DNA of 64,000 bases from Candidatus Parcubacteria bacterium (GCA_026004535.1 BPJI01000001.1:79915-143914); one strand, 5' to 3'. Counted from the first letter of the stretch, positions 40,425 to 51,557 are shown. Notes: generated from the sequence alone by a model not told the origin. Numbers and translations are program-made.

Positions 40425-43400
40425 TTAGAAAATTACAAATCCTTTAAATCTGGGGTTAGAAATATCTCTATTAATTATACGAGACTCTAAAATAATTTGA
40501 ATTTCTTCTTGTTTAGAAATATATAATGAAGGACTTATGTTTGTTTCTACAACTACATACACCCTATATTGTGTCTCTGGAGTAGAAATTAGAGTAGTTG
40601 TTATTTCTTTATTTATAAATCCCTGAAATAAAGTGGTGGTAGTTGTTGCATTATTTAACGATCTAATTTGTAAGGTTAATCCTGAAGAATCAAAACAAGT
40701 CGCCTTCCCACAATATTGAGCTAAAACTATTATAATCTTTTCAAGATTAATATTGTCGTCTATTTTATAATGCCATGTTGCTTTAACTTCAGGAAAATAG
40801 TCGGGGTTAAGATAGGCATTTTCAAACATTACATCGTCTATTTGCTGAAAACTACTTGTTATATCATTACAATCAATCATTTTTGTCGAGGTGGAGATTG
40901 TTTTTATTGTTTGATTGTCATTTTTTAAGTTAAGTTGAAAATAAATATCTGTGTTAGGAAGAAAATCTAATTGAAGTTGACAAATGTTTAGATTGAATTG
41001 TTGATTTGAAAGAATTGAAAAGGTTGTGGTTGCTATTAATAGATAGTCAGTTGAGGTTGATGAAGTTGAGACTTTAATTTCATAAATTAGATCTTGATCA
41101 TAATAAGCTGGTGAAAACCAAGATAAAAGATAATTTTTGTCTTCTGTTTTAATTTGAAAATCTAAAATATTCTTAATTGTTGATTTAGTGATTAATGAAT
41201 TTTCTGGATTTAAAGGAGCATAAACAAAATCATTTGAAGGATTATTAGTTGAATAAGCATTGCCTAAATTTTGATTAATTATTGTCTCAGATGATGAGGT
41301 TGATGTTTTCTTTCTTTGCAAAGATAAAGATGTTGAAGTTGGGCTGGCGACACAATTAGTAAAATTAGTAATATTTCCCCAACAAACATAGTCTATTTGA
41401 TTATTATCTTTGTCATATAATATTAAACCATTATTTTTAGCTAAATTATGGGATTTGGCATAAATAAAATCTGACTGAGTTGTCATTTCTAAAGAAGTAT
41501 TGTTGTTGACTAATAGAAAATAAGAAAAAGCAGGAATAATACCTTTAAATTTTGATGAAGGAATAATTGTTGTTGATGAACCTGTGCTTTTTATTCTTTC
41601 AATTCTCCAATCTGTTAAATCAATATTAAAGTCATTAGGATTATAAAGTTCAATATATTCACCAGTTGATGTGCCTTCTTTGATATAAATTTCAGAAAAT
41701 AAAATTTTTCCTGTTGAAGGTGTGGCTGTTGAAATGTTTTGAATTAGAATTGGTTCTTGGGGGTTGCATAGATCTTGGGGCAAATCTGTTGAAGAAGTTG
41801 AAAAAGTATAGTTTTCTTCATCTAATTTGTCTTTTAAAAATAAGGCAAAATAATAGATTGTTGAAGTTGTAGGACATTTATTTATTTCAAAAAATAAGGT
41901 TGTAGTTGAATTATTAAATTGTGGTTGAGGAAATGTTGATGAAGTACCAAAGTCTTCTAATTTAAAAGTTGAAAAATTAGTTGAAGTTGAGATTAAAAGA
42001 TCGTAGAAATAATTTGTTGAAGATAGATTTAATAATGGCTCTTGGAAAGTAATATTTAAATATATAGATTCTTCAGTTGATGTAATTTCAACAATAAAAT
42101 TATCTATTTTTACTTGCGAAAGATCAATAAAGTCTTCTCTTAGTTTTCTTGATATTGATTTTGAATTTTCAGGGTTAGGATTTCTTAACCAAAAGTCTTG
42201 TGAGTTATTGTCTGTGTCTTGTAAATTTTTTCTTTGAATTGATTTATTTTCAAAATTTAAAGAAATAAATGGTTCTATTTCAGATTGATAGATTTTTTCT
42301 TTGTTGTCTCCATAACCAACTAAATCTGATATTTCTCCATTTGGTTTTCTTAAAATAATTGTATTATTTTTAGATATTGAATAGCTTTGAGCATAAGTTA
42401 GGTCTGCTTGATAGTTATCTTTAAATTCTTCAGCTGAAATTAAAAAGAATGAATAGGGTTTGATTTTGCCTTGAAATTTTGATTGAGGAATTAAAGTATA
42501 GAGATTAGGAGTTGAGGTTGAATCAGGATTTTTTGAAGAATATTTTTCTAATTTCCAGCAGGTTAAGTCTATTTCTTCGTTGTTTGGATTGTAAAGTTCA
42601 ATATATTCGTCATCAGTACTTGAAGCTGATTCAGATTGAATTTCAGATATTAAGATATTAGGATATTGTTTGTTTTTGTAATTTTCACAAGGATCTTTTA
42701 GTTGAGAAAAAGAATTTGAAGTTCTTATATCTGCTCCACCTCCTATATAAGTTAAATTATTCATTGTTGTTGGTACTATTTGTTGTCTTAAAGATGTTGT
42801 TGTTTGAGTTGAGGTTTGAATTTTAATTTGATTTGTTCTATCTGTAGTTGTTGGTAATCTTACGATTTCGTACGTCGTAAATTTGTTTATTTCTCTTTTT
42901 TCTTCTGTGTAAGTGATAATATTTTCTTTCTTTTCTTCTTTATAGGTTATTGTTTGAGTTTGAGTTTGTGGTTGAATATTTAATTGAAGTTTTGAGATTG
43001 AAGTTGAAGTTGGTTGAGAAAAAATTTGACCTAAATATGGGGGTGTTGATTCTTTGTAACCTAAGGCTATAAGTCTTATTTCTAAAGTTTGTTTTTGTTT
43101 TTCAAGATTAGCTAATTTTGTTTGTTTTTGTTTAGCTACTTCTGTTTTAAGACATTCTTTCTTTTGTTTAATTGACCAATTATTTTCTGTACATTGAAGA
43201 AATCTATCTTTAATTACTGAAAGAGCACAAGAATAATTATTAGTTGAACAATCATAAACAAAGATAGTATCTTGAAGTATTTGCTCCCAGTCTTGTTTTT
43301 TAGACTTATAATCATCATAATATTCGCCGGTTTTATCACCATTGTATTTTATTATAGCCAGCGCTCTTCATTCTCATTAATTCCATCTTTAAATAATTTC

Positions 43401-43900
43401 AAAGCTGCAGCATATAATGAATCTTCTAGATTCCAAGGATTTTTATTTTTAAGTTCTGGATATAGATATCCAAGTTGTAGGTTGAAATTGAGTGTAACCA
43501 ATACCAAAATCTGGAGAAAAAGGAACTTTGTTGATATCTAAACCTAAATTTTTAGTTATTTTTTCTAAAGCTGAGTATTGCTCTGTACACCAACTTGTTC
43601 GAGCTGTTGTAGAATAGCATTTTGTACCCTCAATAGGCCTGGGTCTACTTCTAAGTACATCACAATACTCTACACATCTCTGAATATTCTTATCTTTATC
43701 GCCCAAATTGTTTCCCATAATTTCTAGTAAATCCACTCTCTTTTTCTAAAATGGTTAATAAATAGGAAGGCGTTTTAAGCCCTATTATTTTAGTTACCTC
43801 TATCCACAGCTTCAATAATTTCTTTCCAGGCCAAGAGCAATTACGCCTACAATTATGACAAGAAGGTAAATTAAAAGTAATTAACCGCGCACTCTGCTTC
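40425..43900 (-). CDS. Large surface protein: lytic transglycosylase-like N-terminus (frameshifted), Thr-rich linker, two lamin-tail (LTD) domains; 5' end approximate
   Basis: Frame is open from about 43368 to 40425; ILISEI...DEYIELYNPN and ILFSEI...EYIELYNPN; upstream fragments GYTQFQPTTW and PWNLEDSLYAAALKL resemble lytic murein transglycosylases. Confidence 0.65.
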
Positions 43901-44287
43901 TTAGTTATTCTAACAATTTAAATGTCTCAATATATTTTTCTAAAGCTTCGTTAGCTATAATTTTGATAATTTTCTTATTTTTAAAGGCTACGTATAAAGT
44001 AGTTTCAAGATACCAATCGCCTCTGTCATCATATTTTTTATAGATAATTGATTTTATAAAAATCATAATTGATTAATTGAAATTTTCGAAGGAACGCTAA
44101 TCGTTTTAAAAGTCGTTATATTATCTCTTTCAATTCCTTCCTCGATGGTAGTAGTGGCTATAGAATCTTTTGGTACTCTTCTAGTTTCTTTCATTATAAA
44201 TTTCGCCATCGTCCGAAGTCCATATATAATAGAAATCACTGTCCAATCTCTTACGGGTGCTCCAAATCTTATTAAGCTCCAAGATCA

Positions 44288-44668
44288 TCAAAATGTAATA
44301 GCATCAGTGTCCTTACTTTGATTCAATATCAATTCCTTGGGTATCTCTATTTGATAACCTTCAGCATGATTAATAACCAATTTTCTGTCTCCTTTATCTA
44401 TTATTTCTACTCCTTCAAGTCGGATGTCAGTTGTGGTGGAAATGTAAGATTCAAAATCTAAAGCTCTTGATACTTTTTCAGCATATTCTTCTTCATTGAA
44501 TTTCTTTGTTTTTTCTATTTCTTGTTCTATTTGTTGAAGCTGTTGTTTAGTTTGCTCTATTTTTTTATTGATTGTTAGTTTTTGATAAAGAAAATAGCCT
44601 CCAACTGATAATAAAAGAAGAAAAACTATAAATAAGGATAAAATATCTTTCTTTGTTAAACTTTGCAT
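44288..44668 (-). CDS. Membrane-anchored hypothetical protein (3' part probably frameshifted to about 43900)
   Basis: N-terminal TM and coiled coil; downstream sequence still looks coding but has indels. Confidence 0.5.
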   Translation of the reverse strand: MQSLTKKDILSLFIVFLLLLSVGGYFLYQKLTINKKIEQTKQQLQQIEQEIEKTKKFNEEEYAEKVSRALDFESYISTTTDIRLEGVEIIDKGDRKLVINHAEGYQIEIPKELILNQSKDTDAITF

Positions 44669-44729
44669 TTTGAGATTATTTTAAAAAATATAAATTAAAA
44701 AATCAATATACCAATTGTGGAAAAGTAAT

Positions 44730-44790
44730 TTGACTTTTAAAAAATTTTGTGGTATAATAAAAGAAATCCCCAGAAATGGGGATTTTTAAA
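44730..44790 (+). promoter_or_regulatory. Sigma-70 promoter with 5' UTR hairpin
   Basis: TTGACT-17-TATAAT with TG extension, then aaatcccca-gaaa-tggggattt. Confidence 0.7.
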
Positions 44791-44818
44791 TTGGCCGAAA
44801 ATTACCAGTAAAAATTAG

Positions 44819-45247
44819 ATGGGTATTGAGTCGCTACGTAAATTAATACCTGTTATTTTCTTTTTTATTATTTTCAGTTATGCTCTGTCGCCTTCTGGTG
44901 CTGAAATTGAACCCGTTGTCGAGCAAAACTCTTTTGTTAATCCGTTGCCAATAAAGAAGTTTATGATTATGACTATTACCGGTTATTCTTCAAGTCCTGA
45001 CGAAACTGATGACGACCCTTGGATTACTGCCTATAATACATTTGCAAGAGATGGGGTTGTTGCTTCAAATATTTTACCCTTTGGAACTAAAATAAAGATC
45101 CCTGAACTTTTTGGTGATAAAATTTTTGTTGTTGAAGACAAAATGAACCCAAAATATGGCGAAAATTTAGACATTTGGTTTCCAACGAAATGGCAGGCTC
45201 TAAATTTTGGCATCCATTATAATGTTTTAGTTGAAATTTTAGAATAA
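44819..45247 (+). CDS. 3D domain (MltA-like) cell wall protein
   Basis: TGYSSSPDETDDDPWITA, VASNILPFGTKI, VEDKM, DIWF. Confidence 0.88.
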   Translation: MGIESLRKLIPVIFFFIIFSYALSPSGAEIEPVVEQNSFVNPLPIKKFMIMTITGYSSSPDETDDDPWITAYNTFARDGVVASNILPFGTKIKIPELFGDKIFVVEDKMNPKYGENLDIWFPTKWQALNFGIHYNVLVEILE

Positions 45248-46566
45248 TTCTTGAGAGCTTCAATAACCACTTCCTTTTCATTCCAAGATATTGTTTTATC
45301 TTTATAAACAATTGACGGTTCATTGCCTTTACCAATTGTTATGACAATGTCTCCTTTCTGGGCTAATTCAATTAATCTGAAAATTGCTCGTTTTCTATCA
45401 GGAATAATTTCTATTGGTTTTTCAATTTCAAATTCAGCTAAATATCTTTTGGCACCCATTTCAATTGCCTTAATAATTTCATTAGGATCTTCATTAAATG
45501 GATCCTCGTCACTAATAACGATATGATTACAATATTTAGCGGCTATTTCACCTATAACAGGTCTTTTCCATTTGTCTCTTAACCCTCCAGCAGAACCAAT
45601 TAAACAAATCATTCTTTTTGGCTTAAATAGTTCAATTACTGTTTTATAAACTTCTTCAATTGAATCAGGGGTATGAGCATAATCAACGATAACTTTAAAA
45701 CCTTTAGCATTAATAATATCAAATCTTCCCGGTAGCCCTTTAAATTCTTTAATTATTTGCTCTAGGCTATTGATTGGCAAACTTAAAGCCTTGATAACAC
45801 TTAAGCCTGCTAAAAGATTATAAAGATTAATTTTGCCCAAAAGTGGAGAAGAAAATTTTTTACCTTCTAAAACGAACTCAATTCCTTTATTATAAATTTT
45901 ATAAGTTGTTGGTTTTAAGAGAGAATACTCGGCTAAACTTGATTCAAGGCTAAAATTAATTTTTTGTTCAGCTCGAAAACTTAAAAAATAATCAGCTTCG
46001 AAATCATCGATATTAACAATAATTGTTTTTTTAACTTTTGTCCCTCTTAAAAATTTTCTCACCTTGCTTTTTTCTAAAGCTTTAAATAATTTACCTTTAG
46101 CATTACGATAGGCTTCATAAGAACCATGATGTTCGATATGCTCAGGATGAAGATTAAGAAAAACAGCAATATCAAAATCAATAAAAGCATGTCTTGATTG
46201 CGCTAAACCTTCGGAGGTAACCTCTAAAACAGCAACCTCGCATTTGTTTTCAACTGCTTGTTTTAAGAATTTTTGCAAAAAGCCACGGCCAGGCATCGTT
46301 AATCTTGATTTATTTTCAATTTTTTTATCATCAATAAAGAAAAATTCAGAAGAAGAAAGAGCAGCTTTAATTCCTAAATTTTTCAAAAGATAATAAACTA
46401 GATATGTAACTGTAGATTTGCCCTTGGTTCCGGTAATACCAATAACAACAATTTTTTTTGAAGGAAAACCATTTAAAACCGCAAAAACGAAAGCCAGAAA
46501 ATAATGGTAAAGATATAAAATTGGCTTGGGGGTTATTTTTCTTAAAAAATCAAAAATTTTTTTCAT
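45217..46566 (-). CDS. murE: UDP-N-acetylmuramoyl-tripeptide synthetase (MurE-like)
   Basis: GITGTKGKST, EVTSEG, EHIEHH, VDYAHTP, GKGNE. Confidence 0.88.
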   Translation of the reverse strand: MKKIFDFLRKITPKPILYLYHYFLAFVFAVLNGFPSKKIVVIGITGTKGKSTVTYLVYYLLKNLGIKAALSSSEFFFIDDKKIENKSRLTMPGRGFLQKFLKQAVENKCEVAVLEVTSEGLAQSRHAFIDFDIAVFLNLHPEHIEHHGSYEAYRNAKGKLFKALEKSKVRKFLRGTKVKKTIIVNIDDFEADYFLSFRAEQKINFSLESSLAEYSLLKPTTYKIYNKGIEFVLEGKKFSSPLLGKINLYNLLAGLSVIKALSLPINSLEQIIKEFKGLPGRFDIINAKGFKVIVDYAHTPDSIEEVYKTVIELFKPKRMICLIGSAGGLRDKWKRPVIGEIAAKYCNHIVISDEDPFNEDPNEIIKAIEMGAKRYLAEFEIEKPIEIIPDRKRAIFRLIELAQKGDIVITIGKGNEPSIVYKDKTISWNEKEVVIEALKNYSKISTKTL

Positions 46567-47468
46567 TGCTTAGTTTTTTCTTTTATTTGCGACTGAATAT
46601 AAAAACTAATTTTGTCATAATTATCAACTCCATCCTTAGGATAGATACCATAGACATTTTGACTATTGTAAATGTTGAAATTTCCAGAAGTTAGAAGACT
46701 ATCTTTGGTTGTCAGAATTATTGGTTCAATTTTTAAATCATTCGGATTGCTTATCTTTAAAATTAAATTTAATAATTCATTTTTACTTAAGTTTGTTTGC
46801 CAATAATATTTCTTTGTTTCTAAAAATTTCATCAAAGCTAATTTCTCTTCAGTATTTAAAGAAATAATTTTTTCCTTTAGGGCCGAAATAACTCTGATTT
46901 GATTTCTCATTCTAAAAAAATCTCCTTCAGGATGATATCTTGATCTTAGAACTAATTCAATTAAATAACCACTAAGTTTTTGTCGGCCAGCAGGAATTGT
47001 ATATAAAGTAACAGCATCCGTTACTGGCTCAGATAAATCAACCTCAATGCCACCAAAAAAATCAACCAAATTTGTAACTAAAGCTAAATCAACAGCTAAA
47101 TAATTTTTTATTTTTAAACCAGTAAAGTCAGAAACTTTTTTTAATAAAAGATTAATTTTGGCTTTTTCATATAAAGCGTTAATTTTTTCTAAATTGCCAT
47201 TGTCATCTTTAACAATCAAATCTCGAGGAATAGGAATCAAAAAAATCTTGTTTACTCTCTGATTATAATGAATAACAATAATTGAATCAGTATTTTCTGA
47301 ACCAATATAGCCTGGTCCTGGTTTACCTAAAAAAAGCAAAGTAAAATCACTAGGATTAATTAATGAAGAAAAATTAGAAATTAAAACAACGTTTCGGGAG
47401 GGAAAGCTAAAAAACAAAATTAACCCTAAAATAAATAATCCCAGTAATAAAAATTTTTTCATTTTCAA
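46563..47468 (-). CDS. LytR-CpsA-Psr family protein
   Basis: NTDSII, IPRDL, KINALY, RSRY...GDFFRMRNQ. Confidence 0.9.
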   Translation of the reverse strand: MKMKKFLLLGLFILGLILFFSFPSRNVVLISNFSSLINPSDFTLLFLGKPGPGYIGSENTDSIIVIHYNQRVNKIFLIPIPRDLIVKDDNGNLEKINALYEKAKINLLLKKVSDFTGLKIKNYLAVDLALVTNLVDFFGGIEVDLSEPVTDAVTLYTIPAGRQKLSGYLIELVLRSRYHPEGDFFRMRNQIRVISALKEKIISLNTEEKLALMKFLETKKYYWQTNLSKNELLNLILKISNPNDLKIEPIILTTKDSLLTSGNFNIYNSQNVYGIYPKDGVDNYDKISFYIQSQIKEKTKQ

Positions 47469-49903
47469 ACAACCTGAAACTTAAAATCTTTATCAAAGTC
47501 AATCAAAATTTTATTACCTCGACTCAATTTATTAGCTAAAATTAAATTAGCAATCTCTGATCTAATAATTTCATTGATTTTCCGACCCAAAGGCCGCGCA
47601 CCAAAAATCGGATCAGTACCCAAACGAACAATTTCTTCTAAAGCTCTTTCAGTAATATCTAAATCAATACCTTGTTTTAACAAAAGCTCTGCTTTAAAAT
47701 CATCAATTAAAATTTTGCCAATTTTTAAAAGTTCCTCGTGGCCTAATGGCTTATAGACAATAATACCATCAAAACGGTTCAAAAGCTCAACCGAAAAAAT
47801 TGCTGAGAGCTTACTTTTAAGCTCGTCTTTAATTTTATCAAAATCTTCTCCTTTTTCAATACTTTCTTTAATATATTCTGAATAAGCATTAGAGGTACAA
47901 ATAATTAAACTATTTTGAAAATCTGTTTCTCTACCTAAAGCGTCTTTAATTATGCCTTCATCAAAAATTGGTAAAAATATTTTTAAAATTGTCGGATGGG
48001 TTTTTTCAAATTCATCTAGTAAAATTAAAGAAAATGGGTTTTGTCTTATGGGTTCAGTTAATCTACCCAAAATTGATCCATCTTTGGTACCAATTAATTT
48101 ATCAATATCTTCTGGATTTTGAAACTCAACCATATCTAAACGAATCATATTTTTTTCTGAACCATAATAAATTTTAGCCAAAGCTTTGGCTGTTTCTGTT
48201 TTACCAACGCCAGTTGGACCAACAAACAAAAAAACACCGATTGGTCCTTTTTTCTTTACTAAACCAGCTCGATAAATTTTTAAAACTCTAGCTATTTCTT
48301 TAATTGCTTTATCTTGATTAACAATTCTTTGATGCAGTAAATCCTCCAAATTAAGTAATTTCTCTTTTTCAACCTCAGTAACTTCGCCAACAGGAATTTT
48401 TGTTTTTTCAGCAACTATCTCCTGAATAATTTCTCGATTGATAAATTTATTTTTATTTTTCTTTGCTAAACCAATTGCTTCAACTAGAACTTCCTCAGCT
48501 GATTTTGGTAAAGGCAAAGTGCGAATAAATTTTTTTGCCAAAGTAACAGCTACGGATATAGCTTGAGGCGAAAAAATGATTTTTTCTTGTTTCTCCCAAA
48601 TTAAACTTTTTAAAGTTAATAAATAAACCGCTTCTTCTTCAGAAAGTTCTCTAATCTCAATTTTCTCAAAAAATTGATCTAAATTATAGCGAGCCAGAAC
48701 TTTTTCATAACCAACCGGGGTTATGGTAGCAATTATTGGTATTGATTTAGAAATCAAAATTTCATTTAAAGCCTGCATAATATCTATTTCTTTCTCTAGG
48801 AGAATGTTTTCCAAATAAGGCAAATATAAAATTATATAACCTGAAGTTAAAACATCTTCTAAAATTTTTGTAAGTAATGGTAAAAATTTTTCTTTGTTTT
48901 GAGCATAAACCAAGCCTAAATCCAATTTAACTAAACGAAAATCTAAAAGCTCTTTAGGAACTAAATCATTTTGAATCAACCAAGCTAAGTGCATAATAAT
49001 TGTTTCTTTGCCTGTCCCTTCTTCGCCGATAAGTAAAATATTATCTTTTTGTCTTAAATTACTAATTATTCTTTCTAATTCTTCTTTGTGACCAATTAAA
49101 AAACCTGCCTCTTCTTTATTAGCTAAATAAGTTAAATCAATTGAATAAGTATCTAAAATATTGGTTGCTTGACTTGTTAAAGCTCGATTAATTAATGCTT
49201 TTTTGGCAAATTTGGCTTGGAAAAGGGAAAGATGTTGAACCGAGGGGGATCTCCTTAGTCTTATTTTTTTTGAATAAACCTCCATCAAAATGCCGCTTAA
49301 AAAATATTCTTTCTTTAAATCAAATTTTTCGAAAAGTTCATTTAGCTCTGGCAAAGCACTAATTCTTAAACCATAAAGAAGGAACAAAAAATTAATAAAA
49401 GGATAATTTAAAGATTTAGCTAAATTAAAAGCTGAAATCAAAATTGGTAAAATTTCTTGATTCCTTTCTTTGATTGATTCAAGTTTTAAAATAAAATCTT
49501 TTAAGTTTAGATTAAAACGAAAAAACAAATTTTGATTTTTTTTATTTTTTAATAATTCTTTTAATAAAAAAACTTGGATATTTTCAATTTTTAAAATTTC
49601 GGCTTTGGTTAATGCTTCGATTAAAAAATTTTTTATTGACTTGCTTAAATAATCATCCAAATTAATTTTTGTTTTTTTTATTTCTCTGATATCTTCTTTA
49701 GCTGATTCCTTTCTTAAAAATTGAGTTAAAAATATTAAAAGCAAAAAAGTAGCTAAATATTTTAGATTTTTAATTGGAATAAAAAACAAAGCATAAAGAG
49801 AAAAAATAAAAATAACCAAAACTATACCTTCTCTAAAAATTCTAATTGTTTTCCTTAAATAAGGATTTAAAGCCAAATAACTATTTTGCCAATAAAATTC
49901 CAT
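47465..49903 (-). CDS. Membrane-anchored ClpA/ClpB-like AAA+ ATPase
   Basis: Two N-terminal TM; degenerate first AAA module; second module GPTGVGKTE, LLDEFEK, ELLNRFD, FGARPL. Confidence 0.88.
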   Translation of the reverse strand: MEFYWQNSYLALNPYLRKTIRIFREGIVLVIFIFSLYALFFIPIKNLKYLATFLLLIFLTQFLRKESAKEDIREIKKTKINLDDYLSKSIKNFLIEALTKAEILKIENIQVFLLKELLKNKKNQNLFFRFNLNLKDFILKLESIKERNQEILPILISAFNLAKSLNYPFINFLFLLYGLRISALPELNELFEKFDLKKEYFLSGILMEVYSKKIRLRRSPSVQHLSLFQAKFAKKALINRALTSQATNILDTYSIDLTYLANKEEAGFLIGHKEELERIISNLRQKDNILLIGEEGTGKETIIMHLAWLIQNDLVPKELLDFRLVKLDLGLVYAQNKEKFLPLLTKILEDVLTSGYIILYLPYLENILLEKEIDIMQALNEILISKSIPIIATITPVGYEKVLARYNLDQFFEKIEIRELSEEEAVYLLTLKSLIWEKQEKIIFSPQAISVAVTLAKKFIRTLPLPKSAEEVLVEAIGLAKKNKNKFINREIIQEIVAEKTKIPVGEVTEVEKEKLLNLEDLLHQRIVNQDKAIKEIARVLKIYRAGLVKKKGPIGVFLFVGPTGVGKTETAKALAKIYYGSEKNMIRLDMVEFQNPEDIDKLIGTKDGSILGRLTEPIRQNPFSLILLDEFEKTHPTILKIFLPIFDEGIIKDALGRETDFQNSLIICTSNAYSEYIKESIEKGEDFDKIKDELKSKLSAIFSVELLNRFDGIIVYKPLGHEELLKIGKILIDDFKAELLLKQGIDLDITERALEEIVRLGTDPIFGARPLGRKINEIIRSEIANLILANKLSRGNKILIDFDKDFKFQVV

Positions 49904-50219
49904 AACCTAAAAGAAATATCGGTAAAAAGACCCAAAAAATAACGAAAAATAAATAAAGAAGGAAAATAAAAAAATAAATCACTAAACCAAAAAATATTCT
50001 TAAAACTCGATAAGGGAAGGCTATTAAATACCCAATAATTGTATGATCACCATAAAGTGGTTTAGTTAAATTTCTTAAATTTGCTTTGACTTTTAAATTT
50101 TTATCAATAAGATAAACCTGGTCAAAGAAATGCCTGATGGTTCTTTGAGGAAAATGATGAAACCAAAAATCTAAAAACTCTATTAAATCATCTAAAATTA
50201 ATGCCCGGAGAATGTTCAT
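49881..50219 (-). CDS. Small membrane protein coupled to the Clp ATPase
   Basis: FWF...NLTKPLYGD..IIG...RVLR then TM; overlaps Clp start. Confidence 0.7.
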   Translation of the reverse strand: MNILRALILDDLIEFLDFWFHHFPQRTIRHFFDQVYLIDKNLKVKANLRNLTKPLYGDHTIIGYLIAFPYRVLRIFFGLVIYFFIFLLYLFFVIFWVFLPIFLLGYGILLAK

Positions 50220-51466
50220 TAAAACAATCTTTTTTCTTTTTCTTCGACACTTTCTAATTTAATTATAACTTTACCATATTCACCATCATAACCTGGTTCT
50301 AAAACAATATCTTCACGATCGATTTTTTCTAAAGCTTGAAAAACTAATGGCTCTTGAATTTTCATACTTTCTTTATCATAGTTACCTGTTAAAATTTCCA
50401 ATTCTGGTCCAAAATTTTTAATTAATTCTAAATATTTTATAAAAACTTTTTTTGCTGTTGGTTGAGTATTATAAATTTGAGCCAAAATTTCTAATAAAGG
50501 TGGCGTCCTTTTAAAATTTGGTCTTTGGGTATCATAAAAATCCACTGGTCTTTTAGCTAATTCTTCAACCCTTGACATTACCCCAATAGTTACTTTTTTA
50601 CCACAAACAGGACAAAGATAATTATTTCTCTTTGCTTCCTCTGGAGAAAACCTGATTTTACAAAATCGATGACCATCATAATGATATTTACCTTCCTCTG
50701 GAAAGAATTCGACTGTCAGTAAAATTTTATTTTTATCATCAGGACTCGCCATTGCTTGATAAATATTTTGATAAGATAAATTTTCAACCTCAAATAAGGT
50801 TGCTTCTCTACCTAAACGATGAGTTTGGGGTGAATGAGAATCAGAAAAAGAAACAATAGAAATATTATCAAGTTCAGGAATGCGCCAGTTCATGTTAGGA
50901 TCGCTCGAGAGTCCGGTTTCAACAGCAGTTACATACCTAACATAATCATCAAAAGCATCGTAAATTGAATCAAAACCAGACATTGAACCATATAAAGAAA
51001 ACCATGGAGTCCAAATATGAGCGGGAATGAAAATTGCTTTTTCGTAAATATCAAAGAGAATTTTCATAAAATCAATTACATCTAAACCTAAAATTGGCCT
51101 GCCATCAGAAGCTAAATTACTATAGAGAGAAAGTTTTTTATTTAATTTTTCAACCAAATCAAAACGGGGTAGAATCGCTAAATAATGAATTCTTTTGACT
51201 TTTCCTTGCCGAGAAAAAATTGAACTTATTTCTCCTCCTAAAAGAAAAAAAGTTTCATCATCATTTTTTAATTTATAAACACCATCGCCTGCTTCTTCAA
51301 GTTTTTGCGAAATCTCTTTAAACCACAGAGGGTGAGTAAAATCACCAGTAATTAAAAGTTTTAAGCCTTTAAGTTTGGCGTAGTAATTGAGATTTTCTAA
51401 ATTTAAATCTTTAGAGCAAGCACGAGAATATTTTGAATGTAAATGTAAATCAGCAAAAATTTTCAT
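50219..51466 (-). CDS. Endonuclease Q / PHP family protein
   Basis: True start MKIFADLHLHSKYSRA; TGDFTHP, PAHIWTPW, SDSHS, EGKYHYDGH, CPVCG, PGYDGEYG. Confidence 0.88.
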   Translation of the reverse strand: MKIFADLHLHSKYSRACSKDLNLENLNYYAKLKGLKLLITGDFTHPLWFKEISQKLEEAGDGVYKLKNDDETFFLLGGEISSIFSRQGKVKRIHYLAILPRFDLVEKLNKKLSLYSNLASDGRPILGLDVIDFMKILFDIYEKAIFIPAHIWTPWFSLYGSMSGFDSIYDAFDDYVRYVTAVETGLSSDPNMNWRIPELDNISIVSFSDSHSPQTHRLGREATLFEVENLSYQNIYQAMASPDDKNKILLTVEFFPEEGKYHYDGHRFCKIRFSPEEAKRNNYLCPVCGKKVTIGVMSRVEELAKRPVDFYDTQRPNFKRTPPLLEILAQIYNTQPTAKKVFIKYLELIKNFGPELEILTGNYDKESMKIQEPLVFQALEKIDREDIVLEPGYDGEYGKVIIKLESVEEKEKRLF

Positions 51467-51467
51467 T

Positions 51468-51544
51468 TGGTCGGGATGGCGGGACTCGAACCCGCAGCCT
51501 CCAGCACCCCATGCTGGTGCGCTAACCAATTGCGCTACATCCCG
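51468..51544 (-). tRNA. tRNA-Pro (anticodon GGG), CCA encoded
   Basis: CGGGATGTAGCGCAATTGGTTAGCGCA CCAGC-AT GGG GT-GCTGG AGGCTGCGGGTTCGAGTCCCGCCATCCCGACCA. Confidence 0.95.
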
Positions 51545-51557
51545 CATTGAAGTATCT

